Source of the DNA: Eledone cirrhosa
Taxonomy: Eukaryota
Reading direction: 5' to 3'
NCBI GenBank assembly: GCA_964016885.1
Contig: OZ024761.1
Span: forward strand, 15,748,001-15,812,000
Length of the DNA: 64,000 nucleotides
A program made the position numbers and the translations under genes. A model generated the notes under the pieces. It was not told the origin of the DNA and searched no databases. It saw only the letters and a program-made list of their open reading frames with translations. Within the stretch, counting starts at the first letter, position 1. Each line of letters opens with the position of its first letter. Positions 24,940-36,939 of this stretch are shown one piece after another.

Positions 24940-27900
24940 TGCTGATGGCAAATATGAAGGTGATGGAGGAGCTGTGGCAAATGGCGAGGAACGTGTCGAA
25001 GTGACGACCCCAACTTTTTCAGTGTCCTGCCTCTGTGCTATGACTTCAGCGAGGAACTTCCTAAGAGCCGTTGGTGAGCCATCATCGATGTTTTTCTGTG
25101 GTGACTGTGGTAACAGCTTTTCCGGACCGTCAACTGTCTGGACACTGGCCATTAGCGGTTTCTCAACTTTCTCCGCTGACATTTTCCTCGCCTTCAGTTC
25201 CATTTCTAGTTTCCGTATGAAAAGTGGTGATGTCCGAAGCGTATCGGCATCCATGAGTTCTTTTCGTAACCTCTCCACTCTCTCTTTGTCGGGTTCTTCT
25301 TCAATTTTCTTCAGAATTTTCAGATACTTTAAGGAATCAGATGATGAGGCCTCACTGGAATCCCCTTGATCATCTTCATCGTCTTTTCCATCTTCTTCAA
25401 GTTTTTTACTTGTTTTATAATCTGGAGATTCTGGTTTGTCTACAGATCTTTCTGGAGATGTTGCTTGAAGAGCTTTGACTTTCTGCACTGGAATGGTTCG
25501 TGATACAACCGGAGGAACATAAGCAATTAAATGAAGATCGTTTGCTGATCGAGTCCCTTGACGAGTATTTTTCAGGTTAGGCCAAAAGAGGCTTCGGTTT
25601 ATATCAGAAAAGCCAGCCATAGTTAAATCGTCTGTGGCTTTACATAGACTGGGCGGCATTTCTTTGGTTTCACTACCAATGTGAGAGAAAATGGATTCAT
25701 CAGAGACACTACGGTACATCCGACCAGAACTGGACAGCAACAACGAATCTTGGACACTTTCGGAAACTGATTTGTCCTCGTCACTTAAAATATAGTTACC
25801 AGTGGTGGTGGAGGTGGTGTCTACACTGATCTCGTCACTAAGTTCCATGTTTCCCTCAATCGATGACTCCGTATGCTTTTCTGCTTGGTTGCGCAAACGT
25901 TTTATGATATCGTGAGTGGCGAGGAGTTCAGATGTGATGAGCGATGGACGTTTCTGGGTCTGAGATTCAGGGGTAGGCTTTGACTGAGAATTCTTATTAG
26001 GGGTATCATTGCGAGTATTTCGGGAGTGGTTCGTGTAAGGACTTGCCTGATTCGTCTTTGCAGTTGATGCAGGCAGTGGAGGAGCTGGAGGAGGAGGTGG
26101 TGGGGGCAGAGATGGCGGTGGTGGTGGAGGGAAAGGCGGCGACTTGCATTTGGTGGCTAATACTGGGGCGGGTTGTGAAGCCGAGTTTGGGGAAGAAGAG
26201 CTTTTCCTTTTTTCACCAGAAGCTGTAATCTTAGACAAATATGATGCTGCAATTGGAAGCTTTTGTTTTGAGACTGGTGTATTTTCTCTTTGGCGGGGTC
26301 CCTGTTTATTTGCACTGGGGGGAGATTTTGTCAGTGTTTTCTTATCTTTAGGGCTGCGAGCTTCGGTTGTATTTTTGTTTTTTGGTCCTTCGTTGTTTTT
26401 TTTTGTATTCTTGTTGTCTTTTTTAGTTTCTTCCGATGATTCTTTGCATACAGAATCAGTAAAATTTGCCCCCAAGTTCTCACGTCCCGTCAGTGTGTTA
26501 TGATCCTTCCTGTCAGAACTTTTTTGACCAATCAATGATGTAACTGAAGTAGTTGTTGACATTGTAGTTAACTGCATGTCGTCGTCAACCATGTCTTTAG
26601 ATTCTTTCTCCAAGTTACTAATCTTCGACGCCTGAAACAACGAGCTGTCTTTCTCTTGGAGAACGATGCTTTTATGTCGAGAATGTGTTGATGGGGGTGT
26701 TGTCAGTGTTAACGTATACTTCGACTCTTCTTCTTCTTCTTCTTCTTCTTCTTCTTCTTCCTCTTTGTCCTCTTCAGATTTCTTTCTACGCCCAAACATG
26801 TGGAATATTGACGTCTTTGGTGGATTATCTGCAGCTTCAAAACTATGAGAAGAAGATGCATTATGCTGCAAAGTCATGTTCTTAAGTTTACTAAATGACA
26901 TTATAACTTTGGATAGCAATTTGAACTTGGCAGCTGGTTTTGCACTCCCTCCATAAGCAGAGTTGGCAGATATGGCCTGGAGGAAGGATTCAGAGCGCAT
27001 GTAAGGTGGTTTAGATTTGTTTAAATTCGCTGATTCGAGGCCTTTTGAATGTACATCATCACTGATGGTACTTGAGTTTTCCGAAATAGGTTCAAAGTAA
27101 GGTTTTGCTCCGTGGAAATCGAAACTTATACTGGACGATGCGGTAGGGGGAGGAAGACACTGAGATTTCGACGTCCATATATCACCCTGCTTGGTGGCAG
27201 ACTGATGTTTGGACTTTGATTTAGCCACTGATGGTGTCCCCGGAGTAATTACTATTTGCAGTTCTTCAACACCATCTCCTCCACCACCACCACCACCACC
27301 ACCACCACTACCACCACCACCACCACCACCACCACCACCATGATTGGTTTTGCCATCACTAGCATCGTTGGGAGTTTCATCAATGTTAAAACTTTCGAAC
27401 GTGAAGAGCACCGGCGCCTCACAACCCTCCGGTGGGGTTGGTGGAGGCGGCGAAAGGGGAGGAGGCGGTGGTGAAGGGGATCGGTCAAGAACTTCGGCGA
27501 TGTCGTCTTCATCAAACAATTCCGTTGTCTCAGCGCTGCTGGATTCAGAAATGGAGGCGACTGGGGACGGAGGGCTCGCTGCATTTAACTGGTTATCTTC
27601 AGATCTTGCTGAACCAGCAACATAATTATTATTATTAATGCTACTGCTGTTGCTCTTGTTGCAGTTGTTAGCGGCAACAGTTGCGTCAGAATCATCATCA
27701 TCATCATCATGAACAACAACAGAGACAGTAGTGGAAGGACTTTGCTGTTTGTTAATCACAGATTCGACATCTGGGGTGCCTGAGATTCTACGTTGCTGCT
27801 GGATAGCAATGGAGGGCAACATTGCTGGCGATGCAGCACGTTCCAGGTTCAGGTTTATGTTCGCCTGCGACTGCCACTGTTGTTTCTTCCGGCGCAGGGT

Positions 27901-28142
27901 CGAAACGCTGAGCAGATGTCGGGTAGGGGTCGTCGAGTAGATATGCACGTCGGCTTGCACCTCGGTCTTCGTGTCCGATCCTGCCGTCAGGGGACTCTCT
28001 TCTGCCACTGATGCTGTCAACCCATCCTTATTAGACTTGCTTGCATAAGATTTGGCTTTCTTAGCCAGGCTTTCTTGAATTTTCGAGTTTTGTTCCTCAA
28101 TGTGGGCCTTCAGACGATATGACTGCAGCTTGCACGTTGATT
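24862..28142 (-). CDS. Large terminal exon (about 1,090 aa) encoding a disordered S/T/P/K/E-rich tail, probably the C-terminus of a GPCR-like protein
   Basis: The 1052-aa ORF extends upstream in frame to a (CT)n-CAG acceptor at 28143; phase 1 matches the donor of the exon at 29734; GC content is higher than in the flanks; poly-G, poly-E and poly-P tracts; ends KTIV-stop. Confidence 0.88.
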
Positions 28143-28169
28143 CTGCAGAGAGAGAGAGAGAGAGAGAGA

Positions 28170-29290
28170 AATAATAATAATTAAAATAATAATTGTTTCT
28201 ACTTTTGGCACAAGGCCAGCAATTATCCAGTGCATTACTGGTACTTTAGATATGACTGCAGCTTGCACGTTGATTCTGCAGAGAGAGAGAGAAATAATAA
28301 TAATTAAAATAATAATTGTTTCTACTTTTGGCACAAGGCCAGCAATTACCCCAGTGCATTACTGGTACTTTATTTTATCGACCCCATAAGCATGAAAGGC
28401 AAAGTTAACCTCGGCGGGATTTGAACTCAGATCGTAAAGGGACGTAACTCTATGCTGGAAAGCATGTCCGACCCTCTACCGATACTGCCAATTCACCTGC
28501 CTAATTAGAATAATAATAATAATAATAATAATGGTTTCTTATATAGGCATAAGGCCAGCAATTTTGGGGGAGGGGGAAGTCAATTAAATTGACCCCAGTA
28601 CATTACTGGTGCTTTATTTTATCAACCCCGTAAGGATGAAAGGCAAACCACGGCAGGATTTGAACTCAAACCGTAAAGGGCCGTAACTCTATGCTACAAA
28701 GCATGGCGTCCGACCTTCTACCGATACTGCCAACCCACTCACCCTAAAATAATCGTTTTTACTTAGGCACAAGGCCAGAAAATTTAGGGAGAGGGAAAGT
28801 CGATTAAATCGACCCCAGTGCATTACTGGTGCTTTATTTTATTGAACCCGTCAGGATGAAAGGCAAAGCTAACCTCTGTGGAATTTGAACTCAAAACGTA
28901 AAGAGCCATAACTCTATGCTGCAAAGCATGGTGTCCAACACTCTACTGATACTGCCAATCCACCGCCTTATAATAATAATAATAAAGTTTCTACTTTTGG
29001 CACAAGGCCAGCAATTACCCCCAGTGCATTACTGGTACTTTATTTTATCAACCCCGTAAGGATGAAAGGCAAAGTTAACCTCGGCGGGATTTGAACTCAG
29101 AATGGCAAGGGCCGTAACTCAATGCGTCAAAGCATGGCGTCTGACCCTCTACCGATACTGCCAATCCACCGCCATATAATAATAATAATAATGTTTCTAT
29201 TTTTGGCACAAGGCCAGCAATTACCCCAGTACATTACTGTACTTTATTTTATCGACCCCGTAAGGATGAAAGGCAAAGTTGACCTCGGCA
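28170..29290 (-). mobile_element. Head-to-tail cluster of about 6 family A SINE copies
   Basis: Repeated TTTCTACTTTTGGCACAAGGCCAGC...GATTTGAACTC...CCGATACTGCCA units separated by (TAA)n. Confidence 0.88.
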
Positions 29291-29473
29291 ATGATGAGGT
29301 TAGAAGACTTTAATTAAGAATAAAAATGAAGCACAATGGTGGTTTTCTTTCATTAGATATGAGTCACAAACGGATTAAGGGTTGATGTACAGATTGACAT
29401 ATGCAAACAAAAAAAAAACAGACAAGTTCTGAATTAACTGAAATTTCCTTCCTACATTTTGTGTCTAAATTAA

Positions 29474-29693
29474 CCCTTTAGCATTTAAACTGGTCATATC
29501 CAGCCAGTATTCTCTCACATTTTTCTGTTCAAACCGGCTGTAACTGGCTGGTCATACTGATGTTAAAGTATCATACTGATGTTAATATAAAAATCTCATA
29601 GATTCAATATTATGTGAGATAATCATATGAGGTAAAAAAGCCTTTACCATGAAAATACAGTAGTAAATATAGAGTAATGTAAATGGTAAAGGG
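29474..29693 (+). mobile_element. piggyBac-type MITE (further copies 32434-32653, 44890-45109, 52657-52876, 53577-53799)
   Basis: TTAA target sites and CCCTTTA termini. Confidence 0.85.
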
Positions 29694-29733
29694 TTAAATT
29701 TAAAATTATCAGAATAATTGTTGTTTTATTTAC

Positions 29734-29923
29734 CTTTTTCACAGACAGATCTGTCACACAGAAACATATAACGACAGATATGTCCGAAAGCATGTCTGTA
29801 ACGAGCTCCAAGCAGGAGAGTGAATGGAAACAACATACACTCCATCATCTGTAGCCATTGTACAGTAAGCATTAATATTTCTGTGAGGGCATCTTGGCTG
29901 AAGAGCTGGACGAATTCTATACA
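29734..29923 (-). CDS. Internal exon resembling TM7 plus helix 8 of a divergent rhodopsin-like receptor
   Basis: ttgcag|TGT...AAAG|gtaaat, 190 nt, phase 0 to 1; ILMLTVQWLQMMECMLFPFTLLLGARYRHAFGHICRYMFLC shows the WL..., P, RYR.AF and Cys pattern but lacks canonical NPxxY. Confidence 0.7.
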
Positions 29924-30299
29924 CTGCAATTATAAAATGACAGAGAAAATGAGACAAAGGCACACACATATATATATATATTATTTATGTTAGGCTGTTT
30001 ACCAATGGGTGGAACTGGTGGTTCAGGTTGATAAACGATGATGCAACAGATTAATTAAAGCATTCAACATTATGGAAATCATCTGTCATAGATGTGGTAT
30101 CCAGTGGTTGGTAATAATTGTTTCTACTTTAGGCACAAGGCCAGCAATTACCCAGTGCATTATTGGTACTTCATTTTATCGACCCCGTAAGGATGAAAGG
30201 CAAAGTCAACCCCGGCGGGATTTGAACTCAGATCGTAAAGGGACGTAACTATGCTGGAAAGCATGGCGTCCGACCCTCTACCGATACTGCCAATCCGGT

Positions 30300-30690
30300 A
30301 ATAATAATAATAATAATGAAATTATTGTGTACAGTGCTCAGGTGCCCTACAACTCGTCAAAGGTGCATGTATAGTACATAGAATAATGTACAAATGTCAA
30401 GAAAGTGAACAATGTATGAGTGATGATATAGATGTGCGCATGTGTATGAAGCGGGGGATATCAGGTGTAGTGTTGGCAAATTTCAGGAAGCATGGAGGTT
30501 TTAAAGGATGCAGTGTCTCGACAGCTAACAACTAATGCAGGTACTTCCTTCCATGCTTCAGCAACTCTGAGCATGAAAAGATGTTTCTGAAAGTCATGGG
30601 AGCTGTGCTGTTTTCTGACTTTGTAGGCATGTCCACGTGTGTTAGACACATGGAATTCAAAAAAGTGCTCAGGATTGTTGTTGGAGAATT
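30300..30690 (-). mobile_element. CR1-like LINE 3' fragment with (TAA)n tail (copies 30950-31274, 35590-35965, 36265-36600, 57205-57530, 62870-63003)
   Basis: NTRGHAYKVRKQH...F.LRVAE.WNKLP..VV...ASFK, a typical CR1 ORF2 C-terminus. Confidence 0.75.
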
Positions 30691-33600
30691 ACTCTATATT
30701 TACTATTATGTTTTCATGGTAAAGGCTTTATCTGACATAATATCTCATATAATAATGAATCTATGAGATTTTGATATAATTTATTTTCAAAAAAGTGCTC
30801 AGGGTTGTTGTTGGAGAGATGGTTAATAATTTTGTGGGTGTTTACCAAGTCAGCAGGAACCGAGTAAAATATACATTAAAACAAAAACAGAAGGCCAGAC
30901 TGGAAAAGTTACTTAAGAATTTTAATTCTGCGAAAGCACTAAACATATTTCTAACACCCGTGTACATGCTTAGAAAATCAGGAAATAATACAGCTCCCAT
31001 AACTTTTGGAAACATTTTTTCATGCTGAGAGTTTCTGAAGCATTGAACAAACTATCTGTGTCAGTTGTTAGCTGTCAGGACACTGCATCCTTCAAAACCT
31101 CCATGCTTCCTGAAATTTGCCAACACTACACTTGATATTCCCCCTCCATACACACACGCGTGTGTGTGTGTGTGTGTGTGTGTGTATCATGACTCTACAT
31201 TGTTCACTTTCCTGACATTTGTACATTATTCTATGTACTATACATGCATTTGATGAGTTGTAGTGCACTTGAGCGAGTGTGACCCCCTAGTCCAGCCAGC
31301 AACCAGAAAACCCTGGCACAAACACTACACCTCTGACAATTATTGACACATTATTGACACATACTGCTGGGCCCATGGTACCATGTGACGACAAGTGCAG
31401 AGAGATCTCCAGATATAAAGCAATGCCTGTGCCGTGAAGCTTTTATAGTGAGCAAAGGCACTGCACAAAGCCAGTCCCACTCTCTTAACCAAGATAATAT
31501 TTACCAAAAAGAAGAACAAGTCAACATCATTGGATACCATCAGGGTTGCAGGTGTTATATCAGAGTTTTCCTTCTAGAATTCTGCCTTGACAAAGGCTAA
31601 GGGGTTATCTCTCCCGGTGATTTTGGATGGCCATTGACTCTTAAGAGCTCCTTTGCACTTTGACAGGTTTTGTTTTTAGTCCTACAGGATGTCCAAAGTC
31701 ACCCTCCTCACCAAGAAACCTTGGTGGGGTTGCCAGTTTAGTCGCCAACGACCTGACCATGGGACAGGTTGTACTGGAATACATGTTACCAGTAGCACCA
31801 ACTGGAGACCTGACATACATATATACATACATACATATACAAGCATGCATACATATATACCCATACATGCACACATACATTCATGCATATATATACACAC
31901 ACACACATACATATATGTGTGTGTATATATATATACATGTTGTCACAATACAGACTTATTTAGTGGTTTATTGTCCTATAATCTCTAGTCTATATCTCCA
32001 TGACATGGCAGAGCTTACCTCAATAGATCTAACAAGACAGATATCCCTGGGATTTCACTGAGTCATAAAGACTTCATAGAACTGATAGAGCAAATGAAAG
32101 TTTTGGGTTGGGACAGGTGAAAGAAGAGGTACAGGGTGTATAAAGGGAGAAAAGGAGACAGATTTACAAGTGGTTAATATCCCTTTCTTTCCCTCCCCAA
32201 TCCCCATCTCTATATTTATACCATTTGAAACATAATGGATTGTGAGAGCAGAGATTATCACCAACTTATGCTGTGATTACATGATTAACTCTTTGAAATA
32301 AAATATAAAAATAAATAGCCAGACAAGATGGAGTAAATAAAACAAGATCAGAAGAATGAGGTGACACAGGAAAGCAAGAACAGTTATTAGAAATGTCAGT
32401 GTGTGTGGCAAAAGAGCTTTGACAATTAATTAACCCTTTAGAATTTAAACCAGCTATATACGGCCAGAATTCTCTCACCTCTTCCTGTTCAAACCAGCTG
32501 TATCCAGCCACTCATACTGATGTCAAGGTATTGTTCTCAAAATAAATAATATCAAAATCTCATAGATTCAATATTATATGAGATATTATGTCAGATAAAG
32601 CCTTTACCATGAAAACATAATAGTAAATATAGAGTAATGTAAATGCTAAAGGGTTAAACTGGTGTTTGGAGCATAATATAACAAAGACTTCTACATAAAA
32701 TTATGATGGAAGATACATGATGGGGTCACAGGAAGGGCATCCAGTCTTGGATGGCTTGCAACACAAAGGTTTGAGAGGATCCTTCAGTCATTTCAAGTAC
32801 ATGACAGCCTTCCTAGCGTTTGGTGATCTACACAGTACACACTGTAAAGTGGTTGGTGATAGGAAGGGTATCAAGCTATAGAAAGCTTGCCAAACAAAGG
32901 GTTGGAAGGACCCCCAGTTGTGTCAAAGACATAACAACCTCTCCTGTGCACTCAGTAGAAGGTGAGACTGCACATAAGTGAGATACAGGTCTCTGGCCGG
33001 TCTGGGAGATGAGTAGACCTGCTTCAGTACTGACTTGGTCTATGTAGAGACTCATAGTGACTCATCCAACCCTTGCGAGCAAGGAAAGCGGATGTTGAAA
33101 CGATGCTGTTGATGATGATAAACACTTTAAAACCAGCAGTTTAATATTGTAGAACCAGAGGTGGGTTCAAGTGGTTTATATTAAAATAAGTGACTTTCTC
33201 AGTATTGTACTAGTGTCTGGAACATAACAAATGTTCCTACATAAAATTATGATGGAAGGTTATTTAGATAAATATCTTTTTCCTCTTTCTTCTTGAGACA
33301 TCCCTCCATCAAAGGTGAAGCATTCATTTTGCTTTTTCTAATGGCTAGAACATATGTGGCTCACAACACCTGTATACTCATAGATTTTTCTACTAACTGG
33401 AGCTGTTGTATCAACCTATTGTCAAATTAATAGTTGATCATTTGTGAAGCCACTGGTGTTTATGATGACAAGGTCAGTTAAAATGATGATCATCGCATGA
33501 GCTACTGCTTATTCTGAGACAAGCAGAGTTTATATCAAGATTCACTCCTCAAAATCAAACCTGTTCTGCTAGACTATCCTATGATAGCCATATCAGAGCC

Positions 33601-34717
33601 ACCTCATGTAGGATATGGCTTTTCACCAAGCATGTCAGTCATCGAACTGAGAGAGGTTAGGTGTTCAGCTTGACTGATTATATATTGCATGTCATCAGTT
33701 CGCTGAGTGGTATGTTGAACAAACACTGAGACACAAGGGGACACCACAAAAGACCATCCAGTGCAAACCAGTGAGGTCTACTACAGCTGAGCACATTTAA
33801 TTAATTAATTTAAACATAAATATATACACTTTAACACAGTGGCAGTTTCAGGCAGGTTTTGATATCAAAAGATAGTGGAATTACTACAGACTGGTGACAC
33901 ACAGCCATCCTGCTTAATTAAACTCTATAATGTGTCTGTGTTGTGTGTATGTGTCTATTAAATAATGTTTTATGAAGGTGTTTGTGGTAGGGACACTTAC
34001 AGATAACATAGCACAATGAATCCGGGTGTTGATTCACAATTGCTTCAGAAGGTTGCAATGTATTTTGCACCCTAGAACACGTTATTATTATCCAAGCAAG
34101 ATATGAAAAAGAGTAAAAGTTTGGAGGAGGGGCTGTTGATTGTCCATCAAGTGTGGTCAAAGGGAAGTAATTGTGTTAAAATGTCATTTCTTATTATAAT
34201 GTATACTGGCTGAAGTGTCTCCTAACCCCTTTCCAGTATCCTTTTATAGGTCCCGTGTCTAGTGATAAGATTATTACAACCACTGTATTAGGTCGTAGTT
34301 TAGTATCGCATTGAAAGAGTTTACTTTTGTTCAGTTGTGCAGCAATAAAAATAAAAAATAAGGACTGCAACAACAGCTAGTTAGTTAGCAAATACAAGTA
34401 GGTTGCTGGACAAAAAAGACATTACTATGCTTAGTAAGAGATGGAGGGAGATTGTCGAGTCCAAGCTAGCAGATGAACAGTGTGGTTTTTGCCCTGAACA
34501 CAGCACAGCTGACCAAATGTCCACACTGCGGCAGGTATTCAAGAAATCGTGGGAGTATTGCCAAGAAGTATATTCTTGTTTTGTCGACCATGAGAAGCCA
34601 TATGACCGCGTTCCTCAAATTGGTTTTCATGCCAACCCTTACCATGAATGATGTTTTAATAGCCAAAGCCCGGTCCCTTCTATATATGTATATATGTATA
34701 CACACACACACACATGT

Positions 34718-34776
<59 letters not shown>

Positions 34777-34997
34777 TATTGAAATTTCCGTTGGAAACAG
34801 AAAAGGTCATAGAAGTGAAGAGTGCTCTATGTAAGTATCAGAGCAAAATTTAATGTATAAAAATCAATACAATATAATTACCTCATTACCAGAGGTTTCC
34901 CGAATGAGGCGAATAAGGAAGAAACGTCTTCATTCGTTCGTCAGACGAGGCAATATAAAACATGGGTAAATACTTGGAAAGTCTCATCAAGAAAATC

Positions 34998-35028
<31 letters not shown>

Positions 35029-35590
35029 TAAATATATATATAAAACGTGTAAGAGAAAGTCACTTTTTTTTTTAATATAAACCACTTGAACCCACCTCTG
35101 GTTCTACGATATCAAGCTGCTGGTTTTAAAGTGTTTATCATCACCAACAGCATCGTTTCAACATCCTCTTTCCTTGCTCGCAAGGGTTGGATGAGTCTAC
35201 ATAGACCAAGTCAGTACTGAAGCAGGTCTACTCATCTCCCAGACCGGCCAGGGACCTGTATCTCACTTATGTGCAGTCTCACCTTCTACTGAGTGCACAG
35301 GAGAGGTTGTTATGTCTTTGACACAACTGGGGGTCCTTCCAACCCTTTGTTTGGCAAGCTTTCTATAGCTTGATACCCTTCGTATCACCAACCACTTTAC
35401 AGTGTGTACTGTGTAGATCACCAAACGCTAGGAAGGATGTCTTGTCCTTGAAATAACTGAAGGATCCTCTCAAACCTTTGTGTTGCAAGCCATCCAAGAC
35501 TGGATGCCCTTCCCGTGACCCCATCATGTATCTTCCATCCTAATTTTATGTAAAAGCCTTTGCTATATTATGCTCCAAACACCAGTTTAA
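30688..35590. repeat. Segmental duplication copy 1 (partner 35987-47602)
   Basis: 30688-31274 matches 35987-36574; 31274-33200 matches 43757-45646; most of 33201-35052 matches the reverse complement of 45647-47238. Confidence 0.9.
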
Positions 35591-36743
35591 TAATAATAAT
35601 AATGAAATTATTGTGTACAGTGCTCAGGTGCACTACAACTCATCAAAGGTGCATGTATAGTACATAGAATAATGTACAAATGTCAGGAAAATGAACAGTG
35701 TATGAGTCATGATATAATAACAATAACAATAATGAAATATTGTGTACAGTGCCCAGGTGCACCACAACTCATCAAAAAAGTGCATGTACAGTACATAGGG
35801 CAATGCACAAACATCAGTAAAATGAACAGTGCACAAGTCATGATACACACATGTGTGCATGTGTATGGAAGGGGTACATCAGGTGTAGTTTTGGCGTATT
35901 TCGGGAAGCATGAGTGTCTTAAAGGATGCAGTGTCTCGGCAGCTAACAATTGACGCAGGCAGTTTGTTTAACCCTTTAGCATTTACATTACTCTATATTT
36001 ACTATTATGTTTTCATGGTAAAGGCTTTATCTGACATAATATCTCATATAATAATGAATCTGAGATTTTGATATAATTTATTTTCAAAAAAGTGCTATTT
36101 TCAAAAAAGTGCTCAGGGTTGTTGTTGGAGAGATGGTTAATAATTTTGTGGGTGTTTACCAAGTCAGCAGGAACCGAGTAAAATATACATTAAAACAAAA
36201 ACAGAAGGCCAGACTGGAAAAGTTACTTAAGAATTTTAATTCTGCGAAAGCACTAAACATATTTCTAACACCCGTGTACATGCTTAGAAAATCAGGAAAT
36301 AATACAGCTCCCATAACTTTTGGAAACATTTTTTCATGCTGAGAGTTGCTGAAGCATTGAACAAACTATCTGTGTCAATTGTTAGCTGTCAGAACACTGC
36401 ATCCTTCAAAACCTCCATGCTTCCTGAAATTTGCCAACACTACACTTGATATTCCCCCTCCATACACACGTGTGTGTGTGTGTGTATCATGACTCTACAT
36501 TGTTCACTTTCCTGACATTTGTACATTATTCTATGTACTATACATGCATTTGATGAGTTGTAGTGCACTTGAGCACTGTAGAGAATAATTTCATTATATT
36601 TTATCTATCATCATCATCATCATCATCATTTGGGTTGGACGGTTTTGTTCCACTTTATATATATATATATATATATATACAATATATTAACAAATGGAAA
36701 CTATATTTAGCTTGTTGTATCCCAACAAATTAAATATAACCTC

Positions 36744-36833
<90 letters not shown>

Positions 36834-36939
36834 TAAAAGGAAAAGAAAATGCTGACAATGCAATAATTAGGAATAAGTATAAATTAGTAATAAGTATTGG
36901 TTTTAAGTTTTTACCGGTTGCGCATTTCTAATGCTTTTC

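Noticed and set aside
24920-28011. Plus-strand ORFs overlapping the large exon
   Set aside because: Antisense shadows of a GC-richer coding exon; no independent splice signals or motifs
34403-34651. 82-aa ORF conserved in both duplicate copies (45786-46034)
   Set aside because: Decayed RTE RT fragment (EQCGF...STADQ...YDRVP); identity reflects recent duplication
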